64,000 nucleotides of DNA from Octopus vulgaris (lineage: Eukaryota). Shown in pieces: positions 13,071-24,471 of this stretch. The stretch covers positions 14,756,001 to 14,820,000 of the forward strand of contig OX597821.1 of NCBI GenBank assembly GCA_951406725.2, read 5' to 3'. The number at the start of each line of letters is the position of its first letter. The first letter of the stretch is position 1. The position numbers and the translations under genes were made by a program. Below the pieces are notes generated by a model that saw only the letters and a list, made by a program, of their open reading frames with translations, did no database searches and was not told where the DNA came from.

Positions 13071-13071
<1 letters not shown>
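12660..13071 (-). pseudogene. Dong/R4-type (RLE) non-LTR retrotransposon, 3' end
   Basis: Minus-strand translation KEMEKIEKYRLLKEEIARMWTVRRVSVILVVVRALGAL...KTVLLGTAKILRLV matches the RLE C-terminus (K..KY..L...W....V.P.V.GALG...LLGTA.ILR); the 5'-truncated end abuts a (TAA)n run. Confidence 0.8.
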
Positions 13072-13125
<54 letters not shown>

Positions 13126-13140
13126 GTTGTTGTTGTTGTT

Positions 13141-13580
13141 GTATTTCTCCCGTCGCTACGTTCTGAGTTCAAATTTCGCAGAAGTCGACTTTGCCTTTCA
13201 TCCTTTCGGGGTCGATAAATTAAGTACTAGTTGAGTACTGGGGTCGATGTAATCGACTATCCCGCCCCCCCCCCACATCAAGTTTCAGGCCTTGTGTTTA
13301 TAATAGAAAGAATTAATATTATTATTGTTATTCAGACGAAAACATGAACTGCATTGACAGATATCTTTATGTATACGCCTAAGGCAGCGAGCTGGGAGAA
13401 TCGTTAACGCGTCGGACAAGATGTTTAGGGGCAATTCTTCTGATTTTACTTCCGTGGGCTACAATACCTTTCATCCTTTCGAGCTCGATAAAATACGTAT
13501 CAGTAGATCACTGGAGTCAATGTAATCGATTAGCCATCCCCCAACGAATTTCAGATTCGTGCTTATAATGAAAAGAATTA
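13141..13580 (+). mobile_element. Two tandem SINE family C copies
   Basis: GTTCTGAGTTCAAAT...GTCGACTTTGCCTTTCATCCTTTCGGGGTCGATAAATTAAGTAC, then a second diverged copy starting AAGGCAGCGAGCTGGGAGAATCGTT at 13381. Confidence 0.75.
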
Positions 13581-14175
13581 ATTTTGCATACATTTATGCA
13601 TACGTGCCCGGAAGCGTTACAAGTGTAGGAAGATAACTATGAAGAGTCCACTCGCCCTCAGGTATAAATGTAAAGGTGTAAAAGGTGCATAGTTTCTTGT
13701 TGTTTATCATACCTGTTGATTTAAATGTACATGTATGCGTGTGACAGTGGGTGAGGTGTGAGCGAAATTGTCTTTCTTCTCGAGTAGTGAGAAACTTTGC
13801 TTTGCCACTATACAGCATTAAATTATAGATGTAAGAATATTTGTGAGGTTAATGAGGTGAGAAGATAGTTGTAGAACACGTGGTCGTTTGAGTAAAATGA
13901 TTGCTTAGTTTCACTCGCGGACTAAAGAAGAATAATTATAAACAGCTCATGTTTATTTATGGCGCTCCCACTACACAAGCACGCGCGCGCGCACACTCAC
14001 GCAGAGGTACGCACACACATATTTGTATCATGTGTGTATGTATAGGTAGGTAGGTAGGTAGGTAGGTATATATGCCATTATAAGACAAACATGATCTCCG
14101 TTTCTCCGTAATTCGTTCTCTCTATCGCTAATATACAACAGAGAGAAAGGTAAAAGTAGTGAGAGAAAGGGAGTT

Positions 14176-14207
<32 letters not shown>

Positions 14208-14318
14208 CATTGTTATGAGAAAAATTGAGAAGGGAAACGGTAAGTGCTCCTATACATACGCAGACACACACACACACTCTGACACTGATGTGCATACATA
14301 AATTCATGCAATGTGGTG

Positions 14319-14379
<61 letters not shown>

Positions 14380-14403
14380 CATCCATTCACCTATCTATCT
14401 ATC

Positions 14404-14456
<53 letters not shown>

Positions 14457-14506
14457 GTCTGTCTATCTATTTGTCTGTCTATCTATCTATCTATCCATCC
14501 ATTCAC

Positions 14507-14578
<72 letters not shown>

Positions 14579-14597
14579 ATGTCTGTCTGTCTATCTG
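14319..14597. repeat. (ATCT)n tetranucleotide microsatellite
   Basis: Direct reading; the interruption CCATCCATTCACC occurs twice. Confidence 0.95.
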
Positions 14598-14670
14598 TCC
14601 GATCGATCGATCGATTGATCAGATAGAGAACAGGAAAGATGAAGCGTGAGAAAGAATATAAGAAAGAGAG

Positions 14671-14707
<37 letters not shown>

Positions 14708-15267
14708 CAGACAAACAGACAGACAGGGTAAATGTGCGAGAGAGGTCGAGCGGGAATGAAAAGACAAAATGAAGGATGTGCATGTGCAAGTTTGTGTGTG
14801 CGTGTGGTTGCGTGCACGAGCATGTATGTGTACACGTGTACGAATGAATGCGCTCATAGTCTCCAGCGTCCAACGGAAATGTTTGGAAACGATTTTTTTG
14901 TTTGTTTTTGTTGTTGCAGCTACTTTTATTTTATTTTACATATATTTTTTCCTATTCTGTTCTGTGAATGCTGCTATGGAGCATCTGTAGTTGCAACCAT
15001 CATTATTGTTGCCGCTGCTACTATAAGATTTTATATCGTATATATTTGCTATTTCTTCACGACCGTTGTTATACATACATACATACATACATACATACAT
15101 ACATACACATACATACATACGCACACGCATGCACACACAGACACACACACACACTTTTCCTTTAATAATCTTGTGGTACAACCGTAGCAATTGGACGTAA
15201 TATTTTTTGTTGTCAAAGAAATTATCAAAGAATCATCGCCGTCATCATCGTCATCATCATCATTACA

Positions 15268-15385
15268 ACTCAAACCACCGCCATTCAAACCACCTCCACT
15301 CAAACCACCTCCACTCAAACCACCACCACTCAAACCACCACCACCACTCAAACCACCTCCACTCAAACCACCACCACCACCACCA
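15268..15385. repeat. 15-18 bp minisatellite (CTCAAACCACCTCCA)n
   Basis: About seven tandem units flanked by (CAT)n. Confidence 0.9.
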
Positions 15386-16612
15386 TCATCATCATCGCCA
15401 CCATCAAATATTTTGCGCTATGAGGGTATAAATGATGGCAGGATGAATGCACTTGAAAAGACAGAGGTCATGTGTTGATAACAAAAAAAAAAATTATTAA
15501 TTTCGACAGTAACAAATCGTTAAGAATTTGAGAGAACGCCTATACCCAAAGGAATAATAAAACCAGTGCAAGTTTAAAAGAGTAAAAATGGCCTTATCTT
15601 CCCTTCCGCTTATACATTGAACCAGAAGAGAGGATTTGTCGTGATTTAAAATGGCTTAATCTTTCATGAATACATTGGGGGATAATACATTTGTTATTTA
15701 GTGTATTTACATCGAAATTCTTTGATTCTTTAACTACTTTTCCGTCATTTCACAGTGATCTTACTAGGCCGCTGCCTACATCTGTTTTAGTCGATCTTAT
15801 TGCCCTCCGTTCATTTTGCAGTCTTGCGCTTATATTATTTATATCTATTTACCGATCTGCTGCTTATGTGACATAAAAGGACCCAACACAAGCAACATAA
15901 TTACAGACAAGGACATATATGCATATACATGCACACGCGTGCGTCGAAACTATGATGGCTTTAAATGAGGCAGCTGACGAAGGCATAATTTTTGTGTAAC
16001 TGCTTTTAGCTTTTTCTCATTATAATTTCTGATTTAGGTACAAAGCCAGTAGTTCTGAGTGGAGGGGTTTCACGGAAGCGTTGGCTCCAGTATTTGACTA
16101 TCATTTTATTTTATTGACCTCAAATGAATGAAAGGCAAATTGACCGCAGAAAGATTTGAACTGAGAGAGTAAAGAGTCGGAAAAAATACTGCAAGACATT
16201 TTTCTGACGCTCTGAACAATTTTGCGCGCTTGCATGTTCGTGTGAGCTTGTATGTATGTATGTATGTATGTATGCATGTATGTATGTGTGTGTGTATGGA
16301 TATAGGTACGGGGCGTATGTACACACACGCAGACACACATGCACTCATATAACACATCAAAAGTAATATGGATTAACATAAGACCCGAAAATGCGCAGTG
16401 ACACATATAAGAGTGCTTTCCAGTAAGGACAAAAAACTCGATGAGCCGAAACCATGATTCAGTTTTAATTTTATCTTTAAGAAAGATATGAAGACTTAGC
16501 AAGTTATCTTCCTCTTCTGCAGTTCTAGACTGTGTGCATATGGAAAAAAAATCAACATCTGATAAGATACGTGGCGACAAGTTGAATTAATGAGCTGGTT
16601 TACAATAAACCA

Positions 16613-17000
16613 AAGCGGTGAGCTGGCAGAATCGTTAGCATACCAAGCAAAATGCTTAGCGGCATTTCGTTCGTTCAAATTCCACCGAGGTCGATTTTGC
16701 TTTTCAACCATTCGGGGTCGATGTAATCCACTTAAGCTTTCCCTCGAAATTGTTGGCTTTTTACCAAAGCTTTGAAACCATTATTACAACAAACCGAAAG
16801 GCGGCGAGCAGGCTGAACCGTTAGCACGTCGGACAAAATGCTCAGCGTCATTTTTTCCGGCTTTACGCTCTCATTCTAAATCCTGCCGAAGTTAACTTTG
16901 CCTCTCATCTTTTAGGGAGTCGATAAAATAAGTACCAGTTGAGTACTGGGGTCGATATACTTGACTTAATCCACTTCCTCCTAATATCAGGTCTTGTGTA
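16613..17000 (+). mobile_element. Two tandem SINE family C copies
   Basis: Heads AGCGGTGAGCTGGCAGAATCGTTAGC (16613) and AGGCGGCGAGCAGGCTGAACCGTTAGC (16799), each followed by the central domain. Confidence 0.75.
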
Positions 17001-17469
17001 ACAAACCGAAACGAATGCAGTATGACAATTGGAAATCGTTTAGAAATACATTCTTTACAAATACTCACGCACCCCCTCTCTCTCTCTGTGGTGTGAAGTA
17101 AATTCTATTTTTCTGCCTCTTACTATATGCTTTATAGATAATCTTAAGTATATTTTTCTCCTAGTTGATGATCATTGGCTTATTCACTGAGACCCACAAT
17201 CATTTAATAACAGTAATTAAAAACAAAAACATAACACTTATAAAATTAAATCGTCTTTATTTTTGCATGGAAAAATATTTGTCAACCATTTGGATGCACA
17301 TTCAAATGTTTATAATGCCCTTAGCTTACTGATAAACTCTACATTCAAGAACGGTCATAACATTATTACACACAGCAACGAAGTCAGTTAATATAACATC
17401 AAAATTGTTTATCTCTTACACACGCGCAAAGCACCAGAACATAAGAGAGTAACAACATACACGTATATA

Positions 17470-18036
17470 TTGGGTTGTCCTGAAAGTTCGTGCCAATTTA
17501 TAGCAGCTTACTTTTCGACTTATTTTAGAACATAATTGAGTCCATAGAATAGGGTTTCACTACACCTCCATTTAGAGCACAGTTTAAGCTATCTTTTTCG
17601 TGGGAGAAGGTTTATGTTCCTATAACCTGTGCTAATTCTGTAACCCTTTAAAATGAAAGATAAGAAAGTTCCTTTTCGGCACTTGATGCTTTGGGAACCA
17701 AACAAAAATTTCTGAAGCACGGCTAGGATGTGTTACCCCACCTTCCATATTCACCAGATATTGCTCCTTCGGATTTCCACTTATTCAGGTCTCTGCAGAA
17801 TAGTCTTAATGGTAAAAATTTCAATTCCTTGGATGACATAAAAAGATACCTTGATGAATTCTTTGCCACGAAACCACCTCAATTCTGGGAAGAGGATATT
17901 TTCAAGTTAAAGGAAAGATGGAGACGCATTGTGCAACAAAATGGTTCATATTTGGTTGATTAAAAATGTAATGGCAAGTATTTATTGACCTTTTTCTTTC
18001 CTTTAAAAATCGGCACGAACTTTCCGGACAACCCAA
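17470..18036 (+). mobile_element. Mariner (DD34D) transposon, internally deleted non-autonomous copy
   Basis: 31-bp TIRs TTGGGTTGTCCTGAAAGTTCGTGCCAATTTA / AAAATCGGCACGAACTTTCCGGACAACCCAA with TA on both sides; N-terminal MKDKKVPFRHLMLWE joined to C-terminal LPHLPYSPDIAPSDFHLFRSLQN (YSPDLAP-D motif). Confidence 0.92.
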
Positions 18037-18457
18037 TACTTTGTGCACTTGCAAGTACCACACTTGGCCAACAGAAAGACACAAGTAACACTAATGTTAA
18101 AACAATCCGTTTGATATATCAAAGATTATGCCATGACAACCCCACGTAGATTCCTTCATCTCTCCATTATGAAATCCCAATGGATACAAACATTGCACTT
18201 CACTTCGTCGCAGATTACATTCCACCAGTATCCATGGACCATTTACACAGCAAAGGAAAAAGATGATGACTGAAAAACTGCCTTGACATGCGAGGCAGAG
18301 TTTGTTGCTGCAGAAATTGCCAACCTTTTCAGTCCCTACTTTAATATGCACAATCCCCTAGAAATACATAAAACTTTTCTTGCACACTCTTGGAAATTAC
18401 TAAAAGACCATCCTAAAATCTCCATTTTACTCATTCAGCATGAAGAAGAAGGGAAGC

Positions 18458-18575
18458 AAGAAGAAGAAGAAGAAGAAGAAGAAGAAGAAGAAGAAGAAGA
18501 AGAAGAAGAAGAAGAAGAAGAAAAGGAAGTAGAAAAAAGAAGGAAGAGAAGAAGAAGAAGAACAATAATAATAAC

Positions 18576-18613
<38 letters not shown>
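18458..18613. repeat. (GAA)n followed by (AAT)n microsatellites
   Basis: Direct reading. Confidence 0.95.
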
Positions 18614-18615
<2 letters not shown>

Positions 18616-18874
18616 GTTTTAAATTTTCTACAAGGGCAGCAATTTTGGGGGAGATGGAGATGAGTGGATTATATCGGCCCTAGTTTTCAACTGGTACTTA
18701 TTTTTATCGATCCCGAAAGGTTCAGAGGCAAAGTCGCCCGGCGTGCTAACGATTCTGCCAGTCGCCACCTTAATAATAATGATGATGATGATGATGATGG
18801 AAAAATAAGAAAACAAACAAAATTAACTAAGTAAAACACCAGGTGCTCTACCGTTTCTCATTACCACGGATTAA

Positions 18875-19263
18875 TATATATATATAAAAGTAAGGTTGTG
18901 TGTCTGTCTACTCCGACTTAGATTCCTCACTACTTCCACATTTTGCGGTGCAGTTTAACCAAAACCGGGTATCTTATAGTCGTGATTCATATCAAGCCCT
19001 TCTGGGTATTAGCGCGCGTCTACGATGAGTCTATGATTTTAAAAATAATTTACCATTATTTTTTTCCATTTTAATGCATATTTTTTAAAGAGAAGTAACT
19101 CTCTAAAAATGTCTACGATGAGTCAACGATTTAAAAAAAATTTACCATCATATTTTTTCCATTTTTAATGCATTTTTTTGCTATTTTTTTGCTATAACTC
19201 TCTAAAAATGCTTATATAGTTATTTCCCTTACAAACCCGAGCAACGCCGGGCGATACTGCTAG
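18875..19263 (+). mobile_element. Non-autonomous Helitron (copy 2)
   Basis: Near-identical to 1945-2343, with the same hairpin and CTAG|T 3' end; 5' TC is lost in a TA run. Confidence 0.85.
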
Positions 19264-19660
19264 TAAACGATAAAACTAATCCTGGCTCATTTAATCTGTA
19301 GATTACCTGTCAAATTGAAAGTTGATGTTATTTCGTTTACAATGTATCATGACAGAGTTTAAAACTATTGAATTTGACGTTGGTTCCAACAGGCTTAGAT
19401 TTTGTAATGTTAAAAAAAAAAAAGTAAGGAAATCGTAAAATGAAATCTTGTAGAAACCTAAAAAGACGGGGATTCGCTGAGAAAGAAAAATGGAACTGAG
19501 TGAGTAATCCATCATATCTATACATTTTAAATGTTAGTCGGTAACGTTATAAAACGTATAGATATAATGGATTTACAAGGATTAAAATTTATCATATCTA
19601 TATGCGGTAATATGCAAGTCAAGATAGAAAAAACTCAAGTTAAGAAATAATATTGATATA

Positions 19661-19854
19661 GGCGCAGGAGTGGCTGTGTGGTAAGTAGCTTGCTAACCAA
19701 CCACATGGTTCCGGGTTCAGTCCCACTGCGTGGCATCTTGGGCAAGTGTCTTCTGCTATAGCCCCGGGCCGACCAATGCCTTGTGAGTGGATTCGGTAGA
19801 CGGAAACTGAAAGAAGCCCGTCGTATATATGTATATATATATATATACGTGTGT

Positions 19855-19915
<61 letters not shown>

Positions 19916-20128
19916 TGTGTCTGTGTTTGTCCCCCTAGCATTGCTTGACAACCGATGCTGGTGTGTTTACGTCCCCGTCACTTAGCGGTTCGGCAAAAGA
20001 GACCGATAGAATAAGTACTGGGCTTACAAAGAATAAGTCCCGGGGTCGATTTGCTCGACTAAAAGCGGTGCTCCAGCATGGCCGCAGTCAAATGACTGAA
20101 ACAAGTAAAAGAGTAAAGAGTAAGGAGA
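19661..20128 (+). mobile_element. SINE family A, full-length
   Basis: GGCGCAGGAGTGGC...GAAACAAGTAAAAGAGTAAAGAG. Confidence 0.88.
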
Positions 20129-20539
20129 GTGTTATGGAAAATAAAGAATATATCTGATTCCACTGGAAACCGCGTAATATTATGTCTGGGAGATAACGAC
20201 TGATATCCACAGATAGAGTTTTAATAGAGGTCTAAATGTATTTAGTTTGCCTCGAATAATTTATATCGACATTATTCAATGCTGATTACGTGCTTAAGAT
20301 CGTCTCCTTCACAGTTAAGGAACGATAATGATGAAATATGCAGTTTTGAGGAAAGTTCTGAATAAAACTTTGAACGGTTCAATTGGCCGAAGAAAAATGT
20401 TTGAATGGCATTAAAAATGAAACTCGACTGACCTTTACAGATACTTCAACGTTTGAATGGCTTTAATTGGGAATAAGAACATTTCTTCAGTATTATCAAA
20501 GTACTAATAATAAATGCCACTGCCGCCGCCGCCGCCACC

Positions 20540-20573
<34 letters not shown>

Positions 20574-20994
20574 TCACAATTACATATGCACAAAACCAGA
20601 GAAATTTAATGAAGAAGAAAAAAGTGTTGCGTGCATTTTACAGACACTACCGCCATATTTCCCAATCGTATCGATTGATAATCGATGTCAGTTTAACGAT
20701 TAATCAAAATGTTTTCAGAATTTTGATAAGGATTTTAATTTAATAACATCAGAACTAACAACATTACACATAAACAAAAAATTTGCCTCTTTCATATTTT
20801 TGTTCTTTTCTTCATGTGTTAAGAAATTTTAGCAATTCTATATTTTGAAATATTGGTTTCAAATTTTTGTACAAGGCCAGCAATTTCGGGGGAGGAGACA
20901 AGCTGATTACATCAACCCCACAACTCAGCTGGTACTTATTTTATCGACTCTGAAAAGATGAAAGGCAAATTGACCTCGGCAAAATTTGTATATT

Positions 20995-21386
20995 TCCTTT
21001 TTACTCTTGGCACAAGGCCCAAAATTTTGGGGGAATTAGGCTAGTCGATTAGATCGACCCCAGTGCACAACTGATACTTAATTTATCGACCCGAAAGGAT
21101 GAAAGGCAAAGTTGACCTCGGCGGAATTTGAACTCAGAACGTAACGGCAGACGAAATACCTACTTCTATTTCTTTACTACCCAAAAGGGGCTAAACACAG
21201 AGAGGACAAACAGATTAAGTCGATCACATCGACCCCAGTGCGCAACTGGTAATTATTTAATCGACCCCGAAAGGATGAAAGGCAAAGTCGACCTCGGCGG
21301 AATTTGAACTCAGAACGTAACGGCAGAAGAAATACGGCTACGCATTTCGCCCGGCATGCTAACGATTCTGTCAGCTCGTCGCCTTA
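20995..21386 (-). mobile_element. SINE family C, dimeric form
   Basis: Head AAGGCGACGAGCTGACAGAATCGTTAGC followed by two tandem central domains (GTCGACTTTGCCTTTCATCCTTTCGGG). Confidence 0.85.
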
Positions 21387-21674
21387 GAATTTTTATATTT
21401 TGAAATATTACAATCCCTAGTTAGGTGGTTATCTGGTAGAATCCTTAGCACGCCAGGTGAAATACTTAGCGGCATTCAGTCCATCTTTACGCTTTTGAGT
21501 TCAAATTCTGCAGAGGTCGACTTCAATTTTCATCCTTTCGGGGTCAATGTAATAAGTGTCAGTTGAACACCGGGCGGATGTAATCGGCTTACCCACTTCC
21601 CGGAATTGCGAGGTCGACTTTGCCAGTATTACAATCCCTTGCAGGTAATGTATCTTGTAATATACTTCCATACA

Positions 21675-22077
21675 AAGGCGGCGAGCTGGCAGAAACGTTA
21701 GCACGCCGGGCGAAATGCTTAGCGGTATTTCGTCTGCGTTACGTTGTGAGTTCAAATTCCACCGAGGTCGACTTTGCCTTTCATCCTTTCGGGGTCGATA
21801 AATTAAGTACCAGTTACGCACTGGGGTCGATGTAATCGACTTAATACCTATGTCTGTCCTTGTTTGTCTCCCTCTGTGTTTAGCCCCTTGTGGGTAATAA
21901 AGAAATAGGTATTTCGTCTGTCTTCATGTAATGAGCTCAAATTCCGCCGAGGTCGACTTTGCCTTTCATCCTTTCGGAGTCGATGAATTAAGTACCAGTT
22001 GCGTACTGGAGTCGATCTTATCGACTGGGTTCCTCCCCGCAAAATTTCGGGCCTTGTGCCTAGAGTAGAAAAGAATA
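21675..22077 (+). mobile_element. SINE family C, dimeric form
   Basis: AAGGCGGCGAGCTGGCAGAAACGTTAGC head, two central domains, GGCCTTGTGCCTAGAGTAGAAAAGAA tail; an older partial copy lies at 21422-21600. Confidence 0.85.
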
Positions 22078-22134
22078 TATTTGCATATAGATATATATTG
22101 GTTTTTAAATTGGGGTACTTGTTTGTATTTTTTT

Positions 22135-22277
22135 CTTTACTAGCTTCAGCTTGAGAGTTGCGGCCATACTGGGAGATAACTGACAGTGCCTAGGTTTCCC
22201 AAACGGTCACCCATCTAAGTACTAACTAGGCTCGAAGTTTCTTAACTCCGGTGCTCAGACGAGATTTGGCTGTAAGC
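22135..22277 (-). mobile_element. 5S rRNA-derived retroposon (SINE3-like) with CR1/L2-type tail, copy 1
   Basis: Minus strand GCTTACAGCCA..ATCTCGTCTGAGCACCGGAGTTAAGAAACTTCGAGCCTAGTTAGTACTTAGATGGGTGACCGTTTGGGAAACCTAGGCACTGT is 5S rRNA-like (A and C boxes recognisable), followed by CCCAGTATGGCCGCAACTCTCAAGCTGAAGCTAGTAAAG. Confidence 0.75.
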
Positions 22278-22892
22278 TATATATATTAATAAAAGCTGTA
22301 TATATTAATAGAAAAAATAATAATTCTCTTACTTTAAGAATTCTGAATAATAAATTGCAAAAGATGAAAATAAATCAAATAGTGTTGTCACAGAAATGAT
22401 AAAATCGCAGGTTAAAAGGTTTGAGGTTTTCGTTTATGTCTCTTTACATTCTGAGTTCAAATACTTAGTATCTTGTTTTTGCCTTTCATCATTTCGGTTT
22501 CAATAAAGTAAATATCAGAAATATATTGGGACTAGATTCTGTTGGCTACCTCCAGCTTTAAGAAACTTGTGATCGTATGGGAAGTTAGAAATTATGACTT
22601 CTAGAAATTTAAAATTCATAATTTTTAATTTAGGATCAAGGCCATCAGTTTTGTGCAGTGGAGGTTCGTTGATTAGATCGTCTTCAGTATTTGTTTTATT
22701 GGCTCTGGAAGGACGAAGGGTAAAGCTGACCTCGGCAGGATATTAAATCAGAACGCAAAGATAGTGAAAGCGAGCGAAAGATTAATAAAGGTTGAGAGTG
22801 AGAGAGAGATAGAGCTAAAGCAAGAGAGAGAAAGCGAAAGAAAAGAGAGAGAGAGAGAGAGGAAGAGAGTTAGAGAAAGAGAGAGAGAAAGC

Positions 22893-22951
<59 letters not shown>

Positions 22952-23612
22952 ATCAAAATATGAAGTCAACCAGGTCACCTAAACCTTCTGTTTTACTGTT
23001 ACTATGTTTATATTATATTTCTTATGCACCTTGTCTGCAAAGTTTAAAATAGTACATAAACAACAACAGCAACATCAACACAAACACACACACACACATA
23101 CACAGATTGCTTTACAAATTTGATGAGTCAGCTGTACCTTAATTTTGCCACATTAGAAAGGTATGGGGTTATATATTGAGTTTGTATATATAGAAACGCG
23201 TTAATTATATAGCCTACGTAGTTGATGCTAACACCATACAACCATATTTACTCTTAGTGCTTATATATATATATATGAGCGCAGCAAATATCAACAGTTG
23301 TACTCAAAGAATGCCTTCAGGTTGATAAAAGAATAATTTGAAACTATTTTACCCAGAATCCAAAAGGCAAATACAAGAGGCGTGATTAGTTTTGCAAGCC
23401 TGAATTGAATTTCCTTATCTCCTATACTAACATCCAAGCTAGAAGTATGGCACAGAATTTATTTTATGCATTGCAAAAGCAAGCTTTTTAAATATTCATT
23501 AAAATATCTTTGGTTTTGAGTATACGTCTTTTAAAGTTTAAAACAAGAGTAATCTTTCCATAAAGTTTGAATGAATAAAGAAAAGGTAACAAGAATAAAA
23601 TTCTAGAATGTT

Positions 23613-24060
23613 ATACGAAGTCTGATAAAAAAAATGTATCGGAACTTTTGCTATAGTAACGAAGTTAAAGTACACAGAGTGAAGCCGCTCGGCACAAATT
23701 GACTTTGAACTCTGTCGCGCGTGCACACTTAGTTGTAAAGTTCTCGCTCACTTCCATTGATTATATCAGTGTTTGGAAGCAAAGTGTGTAGAGTATGGTC
23801 GTTTCAAAATGAAAATTGGGTTTAGTCTGTGCAGGGTCTCCTTGATTGTGTCGAAGAAGGCAAAAACTTTTTGTAAACGGTCAAAACAGATGACGAATTG
23901 GGAATCTATAATTGTGAGCCTGAAACCAATGCTCAGTTTTTGCATTGGAATACCCCACAAGGTTTCAAGACACCGAGTAAATCCAAGACAGTACGGAGGC
24001 AGCTATCACCCATCAAAAGAAGTTTCACGAATTCTCCCATCAGTGGAAACGACGCTGTTG
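23613..24060 (+). pseudogene. Decayed mariner transposon (left end plus catalytic-region fragment)
   Basis: TA-CGAAGTCTGATAAAAAAAATGTATCGGAAC left-end-like sequence; translation VQGLLDCVEEGKNFL*TVKTDDELGIYNCEPETNAQFLHWNTP resembles mariner ITGDETW.Y.YDPETK.QS..W..P. Confidence 0.65.
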
Positions 24061-24423
24061 AAAGTGTATGGTTTCAGAAGAGGCCTCTTTCGATGGAGAT
24101 TTAATGCCGAATTGATGTGTTGCCCGGTTGGCTAACGATTCCACCAGTTCGCTGCCTCATTGTTTAATTAATATGGAGCCATCACAAGCAAAAATAGGCT
24201 ATACTGTAATGTTCTAACCTAATTTAAACCTAAGTTTCATATATTTCAGTTGAAGATTCTATACTTTTGATTGGGGAAGGAAATAAAGTGAGTATTCTCT
24301 GAGGAGCGGAGAACTGTACTCGAATTGATAATCGAGAAACGCCTTTCTTTCTTTTTCCGTACATCAAAGGAACAAAATGAATGTGCTTAGTTTCTTCATA
24401 CTCCTTCACACAAAATTGGCTTT

Positions 24424-24471
<48 letters not shown>

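Noticed and set aside
15191-15478. LKPPP extensin-like ORF
   Set aside because: Minisatellite between (CAT)n runs, open in several frames, with no ATG start or exon evidence.
22182-22277. Functional 5S rRNA gene
   Set aside because: Internal deletion, divergence, no tandem array, and fusion to a LINE-type tail; treated as a retroposon.
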